Shown: in pieces, positions 13,577-24,606 of the stretch
How the letters are laid out: every line of letters starts with the position of its first letter
How positions within the stretch are numbered: the first letter of the stretch is position 1
Assembly: GCA_951406725.2 (NCBI GenBank)
Contig: OX597826.1
Coordinates: 79,980,001 to 80,044,000 of the forward strand
Length of the DNA: 64,000 nucleotides
From: Octopus vulgaris
Taxonomy: Eukaryota
Direction: 5' to 3'
Notes under the pieces: generated by a model
Seen by the model: the letters and a program-made list of their open reading frames with translations, nothing else
What the model was told of the DNA's origin: nothing
Database searches by the model: none
Program-made: the position numbers and the translations under genes

Positions 13577-15209
13577 GGGAGAGAGAGAGAGAGAGAGATT
13601 GATAGACAGATAGTAAACAGATAGATAGATAAACAGATAGAGAGACAGATATATATATACTCACACAAGTATGTGTGTGTTTGCGCACGAACGCAGAGTC
13701 TTATGCAGCGAATGAAATTGTTTTGGCAAGTAGACATGTCTATATGTCCTCGCACGGTCTGTCAATGAGAAGATTCTGTCTTGTTAAATGTCTCGTTTCA
13801 AGAGTCCACCCTTGCAGAACGGAATTATTACTCTAGGTATTTCTCATTACCGAAGTCATTATGGAGTGAAAGTGTTTCACTCACCCATTTTTAGCTGACT
13901 GTCTCTTTGCTTTGAATGCGATATTTCTTTCTTCTACGTCCCTCTTTGTTGTTGCTGCTCTTATTGTTTAAACCCCAACACTTCACTGCTGCCCCAGAAG
14001 ACCTATTTGGCAGCGATAGTATTTTGTGCATTTCGTTCTACATTGTGAATTGTGTGTCTTCAAAAGACAAGTGTATGCCTGCCATTTTTTTTTTAGCACG
14101 TAAAGCTGGATTTGAATTTCACTGCAATTTGACTCAACCAATGAGGAAACTTCGACGTTTTCAGCGAAGCTGATCGATACTGCTGCTCATTTTGTCTCCA
14201 ATTTCTACCGTTCTTTTATTATTTGTCTTTATGAATGAAGGTATTATGCCTTTTATCTTCTTATCGGAACCGGTCAGTTGGACGTGGTGAATGTTCCTCT
14301 GAAACCGGTGCAAGTTCAATTCTACATGAAAAGCAAAATACATACATGATCAAGGGAGGTATTCCAAAGGACGAATGTTCCTTTGAATAGATGCTAAGTG
14401 TCACTGTTACAACAAGCCTGAAAGGTTGTGTACAATATGGATGACGAGGTTGAAGTACAATTGAGTCGGGGTACAGTACAGGCAGCAGGAGACTCACTAG
14501 CTCCAACGAATACAGATCGCCCTAATAATGGTAGATTAGGCGTGGAAGAGGGAACACCTGGAAGACAGAGACGAGAGATTGTTGGTGAACACCTTCAATC
14601 CCGTCAGTCGAGTGGCTTTGTTTCGACGCTGCCTATTCCTCTAATCGCAGTAATGCAGGAAACAGATGAAGCGTACGCCAGTGTGAGTGTCATATGAATT
14701 TAGTGTAGGGTTAGTGGTTGTTTAGGGATGAATTCATTTGTAGTGGTGAAAAGACAGCCAGTCATTGTGATGCAATGTTTGCTAAGTTGAAGATGTTTTT
14801 CACCAGACATAGCCCTATTGATGTTGCGTCTTATCTTTTGTAGCCAACATGACTGTTGTAGCTGTGTTAAGTTGTATTTTTCTTAATTATGTGACTGTAA
14901 AAATGGTAAGAGTACCATGGATCGAGTTAATGTTCTTTCGTCGCTAAAAATAATTATAAAGATTTCTTTCGATAAAGTGATCGCTTTAAAGCCAGGTAAC
15001 TCATTTTGGGAAAAAAGATCGGCCAATGAAATAAACCTCAGCTCTCGAATGGTACTAAATTTATTTAATCTGCAGGGGCGAAAGAGACACTGTGACATTC
15101 GGACAAATAATTTAAAGGGAAGCATAAGCCATTTATTTCATCAGTTTACCTATTCTGGCAAGCCGTCGCCTTTTCTTCTTAAATATTAGATATATGTTAA
15201 TATTTATTT

Positions 15210-15420
15210 GACGAGCTGGCAGAGTTGTTAGCACGTCGGGCGAAATGCTTAACGGTATTTCGTCTGCCGTGACGTTCTGAGTTCAAATTCCGCCGAGGTC
15301 GACTTTGCCTTTCAACCTTTCGGGGTCGATAAATTAAGTACCAGTTGTATACTGGATCGATCTAATCGACTGGCCGCATCCCTCAAAATTTCGGGCCTTG
15401 TGCCTAGAGTAGAGAAGAAT
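15210..15420 (+). mobile_element. tRNA-derived SINE, family A
   Basis: gacgagctggcagagttgttagcacg...gagttcaaattccgccgaggtcgactttgcc...cctagagtagagaag. Confidence 0.9.
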
Positions 15421-15500
15421 ATCTATGTGAATATATATATGTGTTAATTTGATATCTTAATCTGGTGGGCTGACAGAATCGTTAGATGTACGGATAAAAT

Positions 15501-15765
15501 GTAGCGGACATGACTCTTTGTAGAGAACATGAAGCTTTGTAGCGAACATGACTCTTTGTAGTGAATATGACTCTCTGTAGCGAACATGACTCTTTATAGT
15601 GAACATGATTCTTTGTAACGAGCATGACTCTTTGTAGCGAACATGAAGTTTTGTAGCGAACATGACTCTTTGTAGTGAACATGGCTCTTTGTAGCGAACA
15701 TGACTCTTTTTAGTGAACATGACTCTTTGTAGCGAACATGACTCATTTTAGTGAACGTGGCTGTT
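15501..15765 (+). repeat. 19-bp minisatellite, ~14 units (gtagcgaacatgactcttt)
   Basis: Units counted directly; accounts for the periodic ORFs at 15457-15779. Confidence 0.95.
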
Positions 15766-16041
15766 GTAGCTGCGTTCATATTTAGATAGGGTTAAAGTAT
15801 ATTTTTCTTAATTGTATTAGGTGATTGTGAAGATGGCAAGAATATCATGGTCCAATTGAGAATGTCTCCGATAACTTTGCTTATGAAGTCTGTGTGGGTT
15901 TGACGTGAGTTGGGCTGGCTGCATTTGGATAATACTTGGACGTGGAAGGTTCAGGACAAAAAAAGTATTTCGAATCATCTGGAAAGGATGATGGAGTCAA
16001 CTTTCCTATCGTTGATGGATAAGTGGTAAAGTGGGGGGAGA

Positions 16042-17041
16042 AGGAAATATTCCTTGGTGAATGCTAAGGACCATAGGGCGAAAACTGTAGATAATCCCAT
16101 TAGCACACTCCACGATGCAACCATTTAACAGAAAGTTATCGATCCAGTAAACGAGGAACGGATGAGTTTTGCTGGGAAATTTTCAAATATTTTGCTGGGA
16201 AATTTCGCTCACAAAACTATCAAACTTCAAAAGTGTACGGAAGGGGATTCTAGAAATCCTTTTGGTATGAGATCAAAATGATAGTTTATAGTTTGGGAGC
16301 GAGAAGCGCGTGCTGACCGAGTGATTCACGAAGAAGCGTCCTTCATGTTTCCGATGACACATTCTTTTTTTAAATCGGTAGTCTTAGAGATATACAACTG
16401 TACGGGATAGTCAGGGTTGGAAAGTCTTTTTTCTTAGGCTTGGCCGATGACGGTTGAAATAGGTGTAAACAGCAGCAGCAACAGCAACAACCATAACAAC
16501 GACAGTAGCAACAATCAGCCTTACAGTACCCTGCTTCAATGTCGATCGGATAAGTGTCAGACGGGTTCCCTAAGAAAATCCGTCGAATACATCTCCCTCT
16601 TGCAATGACTTGTTGATAAACAATAGAAGACATTTGTAGTTTTATCGAATTTGTGCTCCGGAGATTTTAAAGAAACACATTCGAAATAAATTTATATTTG
16701 TTTTATTAATGTTCATGTTGGTGTTGTGAAGGGAATTTTAACGGTTTTCATACTCACCACACTACCTAGCGTGTATCATGCACTGCTGAACTAAATTGTA
16801 TTTCTACCTGTAGCTATAAGCTTTTACGCCTCACCAAAACAGCAAGATTATCCAGTGACTGGTATTAAAGGTATGGTTCGGCAAGACCCCATGTGTATAT
16901 ACCCACGGTTTATTTATATGGAGATTTTATACGCTTTTTCAAACATACAGCTGTAATTGTTTTACGTTCATGCTAGATGCTGGCAATTAATAAAGAGTTT
17001 TACGATCATCTAACCAGTTGATGTTTATAGACATACAAGAT
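16042..17041. repeat. Left arm of ~1-kb inverted duplication (partner 18100-19101)
   Basis: Near-identical reverse complement; mirror ORFs 16370-16633(-) and 18509-18772(+) differ at 2 of 87 residues. Confidence 0.95.
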
Positions 17042-17234
17042 TTTTGCATATAAATAATAACTGATGCTTATTTTATTGATCCAGGAGAGATGAAAGACAT
17101 AGTCAATCCCGCAACATTTAAACGAGAAGGTAAATAGGTATAAAATATTAATCGGCATTTAATGTAGTGTAGTAGAGATTCGGAAGCCTTATAACCTAAA
17201 ATTTATGATGATTCTTAATATTTGAACAAGTGCG

Positions 17235-17435
17235 AAGACGGTAACTGGCAGAATCGTTGGGACGCCGGAAAAAATAATTCGTCCGTCTTTATGTTGGGAG
17301 TTCAAATTCCACCGAAGGCTACTTTGCCTTTCACTCTTTCGATAAAATTAGTGTCAGATAAGCACTGATGTCCGAGTAATCGACTTACCCTTCGCACGAA
17401 ATTCATGGCTTTGGACCAAAATTTGAAACCAATAT
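17235..17435 (+). mobile_element. Degenerate SINE, family A
   Basis: ctggcagaatcgttggg...gagttcaaattccaccgaaggctactttgcctttca. Confidence 0.75.
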
Positions 17436-17677
17436 TTTAACAAGTGCGGGTTTAATCGATTCTGATGTTACTACTCAAGCGTAATTTACTTTATCGATCT
17501 CACTAGGATGAAGTGAGAAAATACCGAAATTAAGTCTGACAATATTCTGACACTGAAATAAAAAGGATATACGGAAATACCACAAGTTATTGTTCTTTTC
17601 TCAGTAATACATTTTGGTAAAAAGATCAGTCAGTGAAATAGACCTCAGTTCTTGAATGGTACTAACTTCATTTAATA

Positions 17678-17981
17678 GACCAACGCAATCTTTTCAATTA
17701 CTTTGTCCATTTTAGAAACTTCTTACCAGCGAGGATTGCATTGTAAGTCTGCCCTCGAAGGACGAACGACGAAGTTAATCCTGGGGAGATAAAAATGCAG
17801 AATATAAAGGACTCTAAGACATTTTATCCGTACAGCTAATGATTCTGTCAGGCCACCAGTTTAAGATATCGAATGAACATAGGAAATGTTCCTTGGAGAA
17901 TACTAAGCACCATTGGGCGAAAACTGTAGAGAATCCCATTAGCACACTCCACGATGCAACCATTTAGCAGAAAGTTATCGA
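17678..17981. repeat. ~300-bp segment inverted relative to 19001-19304
   Basis: cttttcaattactttgtccattttagaaac... matches the reverse complement ending ...gtaattgaaaagtttgctttggtc. Confidence 0.92.
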
Positions 17982-18099
17982 AGGGGACACTGTGACATTC
18001 AGACAAACGGTTTAAAGGAAAGCATAAGCCATTTACTTCATCAGTTTACCTATTCTGGCAATCCATCGCCTTTTCCTCTTAAATATTTGATATGGAAAC

Positions 18100-19101
18100 A
18101 TCTTGTATATGTATAAACATCAACTGGTTTGATGATCGTAAAACTCCTCTATTAATTGCCAGCATCTAGCATGAACGTAAAACAATTACAGCTGTATGTT
18201 TGAAAAAGCGTATAAAATCTCCATATAAATAAACCGTGGGTATATACACATGGGGTCTTGCCGAACCATACCTTTAATACCAGTCACTGGATAATCTTGC
18301 TGTTTTGGTGAGGCGTAAAAGCTTATAGCTTCAGGTAGAAATTCAATTTAGTTCAGCAGTGCATGATACACGCTAGGTAGCGTGGTAAGTATGGAAACCG
18401 TTAAAATTCCCTTCACAACACCAACATGAACACTAATAAAACAAATATAAATTTATTTCGAATGTGTTTCTTTAAAATCTTCGGAGCACAAATTCGATAA
18501 AACTACAAATGTCATCCATTGTTTATCAACAAGTCATTGCAAGAGGGAGATGTATTCGACGGATTTTCTTAGGGAACCCGTCTGACACTTATCCGATCGA
18601 CATTGAAGCAGGGTACTCTAAGGCTGATTGTTGCTACTGTCGTTGTTATGGTTGTTGCTGTTGCTGCTGCTGTTTACACCTATTTCAACCGTCATCGGCC
18701 AAGCCTCATAAAAAAGACTTTCCAACCCTGACTATCCCGTACAGTTGTATATCTCTAAGACTACCGATTTAAAAAAAAGAATGTGTCATCGGAAACATGA
18801 AGGACGCTTCTTCGTGAATCACTCGGTCAGCACGCGCTTCTCGCCCCCAAACTATAAACCATCATTTTGGTCTCATACCAAAAGGATTTCTAGAATCCCC
18901 TTCCGTACACTTTTGAAGTATGATAGATATGTGATCGAAATTTCCCAGCAAAATCTTTGAAAATTTCCCAACAAAACTCATCCGTTCCTCGTTTACTGGA
19001 TCGATAACTTTCTGTTAAATGGTTGCATCGTGGAGTGTGCTAATGGGATTCTCTACAGTTTTCGCCCTATGGTGCTTAGTATTCACCAAGGAACATTTCC
19101 T
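18100..19101. repeat. Right arm of ~1-kb inverted duplication
   Basis: Reverse complement of 16042-17041. Confidence 0.95.
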
Positions 19102-20599
19102 ATGTTCATTCGATATCTTAAACTGGTGGCCTGACAGAATCCTTTGCTGTACGGATAAAATGTCTTACTGTCCTTTATATTCTGCATTTTTATCTCCCCA
19201 GGATTAACTTCGTCGTTCGTCCTTTGAGGGTAGACTTACAAAGCAATCCTCGCTGGTAAGAAGTTTCTAAAATGGACAAAGTAATTGAAAAGTTTGCTTT
19301 GGTCCATTGGCTGAACGCCTGGCATGTTTACAAGAGATATAGGTTCGAGTCTCACATGCAGCCTTTTAACCGTATCATTTAATAGTTTTATCTGCTTCGA
19401 GAGTAACCGTTCCATAAAAAGTCTTCTTGAGAGAGTCATTACTGTGACCGATAGACTGCTTTGCTGTAATCATTCCAGTAATTCCATTTCTCTGTGCTCT
19501 GATCTCAAATCACGGTGAGCACAATTTTGCATTTCCTTCTTTCGAGATCCTTAAAAAAAAGTGTCTCTTGTATTGGAGTGGTCACTTTCTCTTACACCAT
19601 TCCTGGCTGTGATCAGATCTGTTGACAGATTGACTCTTACAGGAATAAAATGTCCAAAGCAGTCACGAGTCATGACGCCTTCACCCCTACGACTCGGTCA
19701 AGAAGTTGAAGGCCTCAGGGAAGGCACTCTTGCTCTTTACAAAGCTCACAATTTCACTAAATAATACACAACCGCTCATACGCAAATAACATATATACAC
19801 TCGCATTCGCACCCCCTCAAATACTTGTATACATAGACGCAGAATTAAAAGAAAGTAGGTACACACAGCCTTATATTCTCATTAATTTCTTCCCTTCTCT
19901 CTGTAGTAATTGTGCTTGCTATACGGTTTCGAATCCCGATCGAGCTATTATCATATTATCAGTTTCTATTCAATCGGGGGTAGATTTATGTTGCTTCAAA
20001 TAGTATACAGAAGCAAAAACAGGTTTCATGTTTCTCCATGTATAACATAACATTGAAATAATAAAAAAGAAACATATCTAACTATAATTACATCTATTTC
20101 TTTACAGATTTGAAAGCAACAGCTGCTGAAGATTATATGAAATCGCCAAAGCAAAACATACACACACGTCCATAAATATTAAACATCATTTCCAATTACA
20201 TTCCAAATATATGCAAAATGGCACTAAGTGCAAAAGTAAATTGAAAACTCTTTTAATATTATTTTATATTTATATTTTTATTTTGTATTTCGTTTGTTTT
20301 ATGGATGTTTTCTTTTTCTGGTTTCGTCTTCGTTTTCCTTGAAATGTTTTCCTTTGTAATCGCTTAATATCTATGCCATATATTGTCGTTTGCATTGTAT
20401 TATGTCTTTCAGTAAATTGCCTGTATTTCCCTCTTTCAAATGGACAATTGATTTCTAATTCAATAGATATATCTCGTTATTTCGACTTACAGAACGAGAC
20501 AATATTACCGACAATATTATTTCGAATGAAAATCCCAGTTATCAAAGGAAAATGTAAAAAAAAAATCCAAACTGAAAAATGATAATAATAATAATAGTA

Positions 20600-20663
<64 letters not shown>

Positions 20664-20682
20664 TAATAATAATAATCATAAA

Positions 20683-21268
20683 TGCCCTGATGCAATACCA
20701 GACAGTAGCTAAATGCCCTGATGCATTACCAGACAGTGGCTCTCATGGCTTCTGATCGTAACTGATTGGAAGTGTTATTATGTACATTGCTTTGTCTTGG
20801 TATAAAAGATGGGCTACAGCAAATGTTCTACTCATTAAAACAGATTTGCTTGTCAGTTGTTTGACCGTAACCAGTTAAGTATGTCCCTTAGTGGCTGACG
20901 ATATGTGCATCTCTGATCACGAGCAGAAATAGTAGGGGAGCATCATAGCCGTGTGTTGAAAGGAATTCTTGGAGGTTTGGATAATTCACATTTGGAAACA
21001 TGGGTACTTCGTTCAACATCCTTAAACAATCCTTATTCAGGGACCTTTTGAGCGGGATGGGATACTCAACCTGAAGAAACTTCTAACTGGGCCCACCCGC
21101 ATGGTCATGTGCTGTTTATCTTGATATTAGATCAACATGTCGCGCACATATGGCTGTGGTGCATGTGCCTGGTGTACCCTTATCACACGGGTAGTCATGA
21201 TGGGTATATTGGGCTTCGTATATTTTACCCCAGTGTCACTTCGATGGCATGCACTGCTCTCTCACTCA
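20683..21268. mobile_element. ~555-bp non-coding interspersed element in an (AAT)n tract, preceded by a 31-bp duplication of its start
   Basis: Begins tgccctgatgca after (AAT)n at 20581-20677 and ends ctcactca before (AAT)n; a second copy follows at 21292. Confidence 0.8.
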
Positions 21269-21291
21269 ATAATAATGATGATAATAATAAA

Positions 21292-21680
21292 TGCCCTGAT
21301 GCAGTACCAGGCAGTGGCTCTCATGGCTTCTGTTCCTAACTAACAGGAAGTGTTATCATGTACATTGTTTTGTCTTGGTATAAAAGATGGGCTACAGTAA
21401 ATATTCTGCTCAATACCATAGATTTGCTTGTGAGTTGCTTCACCATAACCAGTTGAGCATGTCCTCTTGTTGCTGACGATATGTGCATCTCTGATCACGA
21501 GCAGAAGTAGTGGAGGAGCATCATAGCCATGTGTTGAGAGGAATATTCTTTGGGATTTGAATAATTCACCTCTGAAAACATGGGTGGTTCGTTCAACATA
21601 ATTAAACAACCATTATTCAAGGACCATTTGAGTGGGATGGGCTACACGTTGTGAAGAAAATTCTAATTGGGTCCCACCTG
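21292..21680. mobile_element. Truncated second copy of the (AAT)n-associated element, fused to a family B SINE tail (21680-21755)
   Basis: Colinear with 20714-21100, then switches to gatttgctcgactaaaaaaggcggtgctccagcatggcc. Confidence 0.8.
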
Positions 21681-21908
21681 GGGTAGATTTGCTCGACTAA
21701 AAAAGGCGGTGCTCCAGCATGGCCAAAGTCAAATGACTGAAACAAGTAAAAGAGAGAGTTGATTATTATTTTTTTGTTGTTTGTTTTACTTAAAGTAAAG
21801 TTCTCCAAGGAAAATTCGATTTTACAATACTTGAATAAATCGTATTTCCAAGAGAGAAAACCAACGCTGTGTTCACACAACAGAGACAAATTTATAATAG
21901 CAATACTG

Positions 21909-21932
21909 GTAGTAGTAGTAGTAGTAGTTGTT

Positions 21933-21986
<54 letters not shown>

Positions 21987-21987
21987 T
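21909..21987. repeat. (AGT)n microsatellite
   Basis: Direct reading. Confidence 0.95.
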
Positions 21988-22880
21988 GAGGAGGAGAGGG
22001 AGGAGGAGGTAAGCAAAAATGTCAAAGCGAAAGAAAGACGAAAAGTATGCCAAACAAATGGCGATTGTTCTGTTTAACTTATCAATATTACCGAAGCTAT
22101 CATATATCAATTTAGAAAACGTCTGATTCCATTTAAAGTTTTACAAAAAGATTTGTTTCAGGTTGTACATGGGAGCATACAACTAGATCTGAGTCTTAAG
22201 GCTTATCTATACAAATGCACGTAAACTATATTATTCGCTCTATCATTATACTCATAGAATCAATATGGACTGACTTTTCTAAGGCGTATTATAAAATTTC
22301 AATACATCTTTTAACAGTATTAAACCTGGTGAAGAGTTTCAAATGTCTGCCATAGACTGCTATTCACCAATCAGCTGCTGCCAACCGGTTATCGTTTGGA
22401 GAATAGAAATGTGTAAACAATACTCCTTTTATATCTTCATATGACTGAAGATATTATTTGACACAAACTGTAAGTAGATGCTGTTAGTCAGAAGCTTTAT
22501 ATAACAGTAAATGACGACAGGAAACCCATTTGTTCCACGCGACGAGATTCATTAAGATTCATAAAAACTAAACGCCATTATTTTCATATTATATTCTGCT
22601 ATTAATATTTAAGTGTTTCCCTTTTTTCACACCATCGTTCTCTAATGTGATACCTGAGCAGCCTCACTAGATTCTCCCATGCGAATACATTATCTGATCC
22701 AGAGAAGAATTCTTTTTTAAAAAACCTTTAATCTCAATCGGCTAACAGCCAAGATTTAGGATCTCATTAGTCTCACAACAATGTATCGATGAGGAATCTA
22801 AACAGAATCAAGACTTAGCTACCATGAATTCTACCCACACTTTTCATAAGTGCCATTCAGTAATTATATTATTAAATACC

Positions 22881-23038
22881 TATTTCTTTACTACCCATAA
22901 GGGGCTACACATAGAGGGGACAAACAAGGACAGACAAACGGATTAAGTCGATTACATCGACCCCAGTGCGTAACTGGTACTTATTTAATCGACCCCGAAA
23001 GGATGAAAGGCAAAGTCGACCTCGGCGGAATTTGAACT
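22881..23038 (-). mobile_element. 5'-truncated SINE, family A, with 14-bp TSD
   Basis: Family A body; TSD tattattaaatacc at 22867-22880 and 23062-23075. Confidence 0.9.
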
Positions 23039-24455
23039 TATTATTAAATACTATTATTAAATATTATTAAATACCATTGCTAAAGAAGCCCACACATCTT
23101 CAGTTACTTCGGTCGATAACTTCTCAGATAAGCCAAGTCAGACGATGGAATTCAACAGAGTATGAAAGACATCATACAGTCTACTGTATAGAAATTAATT
23201 ATATTTTCAATATAAACATATAAAATATGTAAACAGTGTATGGCGAACGCAGCACATGAAGGCCTAAAGTTTTTAATGGTGAGTTTATAAAGCTTACGGA
23301 TGTTACCGTCATTTACTAAAAATTACGATTAACAGATCAAACGTTGAGGAGCGTTTCTATCGATCTTTATACTTTTGTTGATAGCTTAGGATAATTGCTG
23401 TTATATTAAAGGACAAGGTAATAAGTGTGCAAATAGATATGAAAATCATTTGCGTTTTCATCGTAACTTAAAAAGAAGTGCATTAGCTGAATGTATTTAC
23501 AAGATATTTCCACAAAAGAAAGTCGGAATTTATGCAGGCAATTCAATGTTGTTTTTTCTAAAAAAAAAACCTCTTTTGAAATAACGTGCAAAACTTTGAG
23601 AAATCCAAATATTTTCCGAGAAAAGTAACAAAAACTGCAAGATGAAGAGCATCAGGTAATCATCCACAAAAAGAAATCCCTCGAACATACACCTGGTAAT
23701 TGGCCAAATGAACGTAAGGAATAATTTCAAAACAAATACGTAAATGGCAAGGAACGCAATCAATGCAGCCACCTAAAACCTGGGTTGATCTTATGAGAAC
23801 GTCTCTAAGCTGCTATTCGATATCTGAGATAAGGGCACAGGGGGTCTTCATTAAACCAAAAACGGTTGAGAAGTGGCCATGTAGGTGGGATAAGAGCAAC
23901 TCACTATTCGACTTCCCACCATTCCTAGTTCATATGTTCGTGTCCTAATTTCCCTTCATCAATTAACATTCTGTCCAAATTACTCTGCAGAGCGTTATAT
24001 TCTGAAGATCAATATGCATTTCTACTGTGATATCTGTGAAACCCTCACCATCCCCATGAAGAGTAGTCTCCTCGTCATGAATCCAAGATTCGTATCTCTG
24101 CTAGCCAGCCGCTAGCTACATGTTTCCAGGTTACATTCAGCCGCAGCCGCATCCACACAAGACGATGATGTGGTAATACTTGGAAGGGGAACCTCGTCAC
24201 ACTGCTCCAGAATAACTCCTGGCAAAGAGGACGAGACAATTAACGGAACTAGCATGGGAATTCGAATTTGCGAAGCCTCCTCTTTTAAAAATTACACGTA
24301 TGACTTCTTCTTTTTTTCGCAATAAAGGACAAATCACTTAAAGTATCAGCCAGGGCTGCTTCCACATCTACTTTGGGTATAATGATGTGAAGCTTTCATT
24401 ATCCTCATTTACATTTGACGTAGTATTACACACACATACACACACACACATACAC

Positions 24456-24606
24456 TTTGACGGATATTTGTCCTCATCTTGTTTGTTGTTAACTCAACTT
24501 TTCGGCTAATATACCCTCCAGCCTTCATCAGATGAGGACAAATATCCGTCAAATGTAAATAACGTAAATAATGTTCATAATTTCTCATCTCTTAAATATA
24601 GAACTG
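24456..24606. mobile_element. Fold-back fragment of the hammerhead-bearing element seen at 37097-37335
   Basis: Inverted tttgacggatatttgtcctcatct / agatgaggacaaatatccgtcaaa flanks a minus-strand CUGAUGA-AGGCUGG..UAGCC-GAAA motif. Confidence 0.8.

Noticed and set aside
15501-15765. CRISPR-like array
   Set aside because: Contiguous tandem units with no spacers, no cas genes, eukaryotic context.
16370-18772. Twin Cys-rich 87-aa ORFs resembling metallothionein or toxin
   Set aside because: The Cys run comes from a degenerate (TGY)n repeat, and the twin is simply the other arm of the inverted duplication.
19300-19365. tRNA-like sequence with ggttcgagtc
   Set aside because: No cloverleaf; probably a decayed SINE head. 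SINE heads elsewhere were likewise not called tRNA genes.
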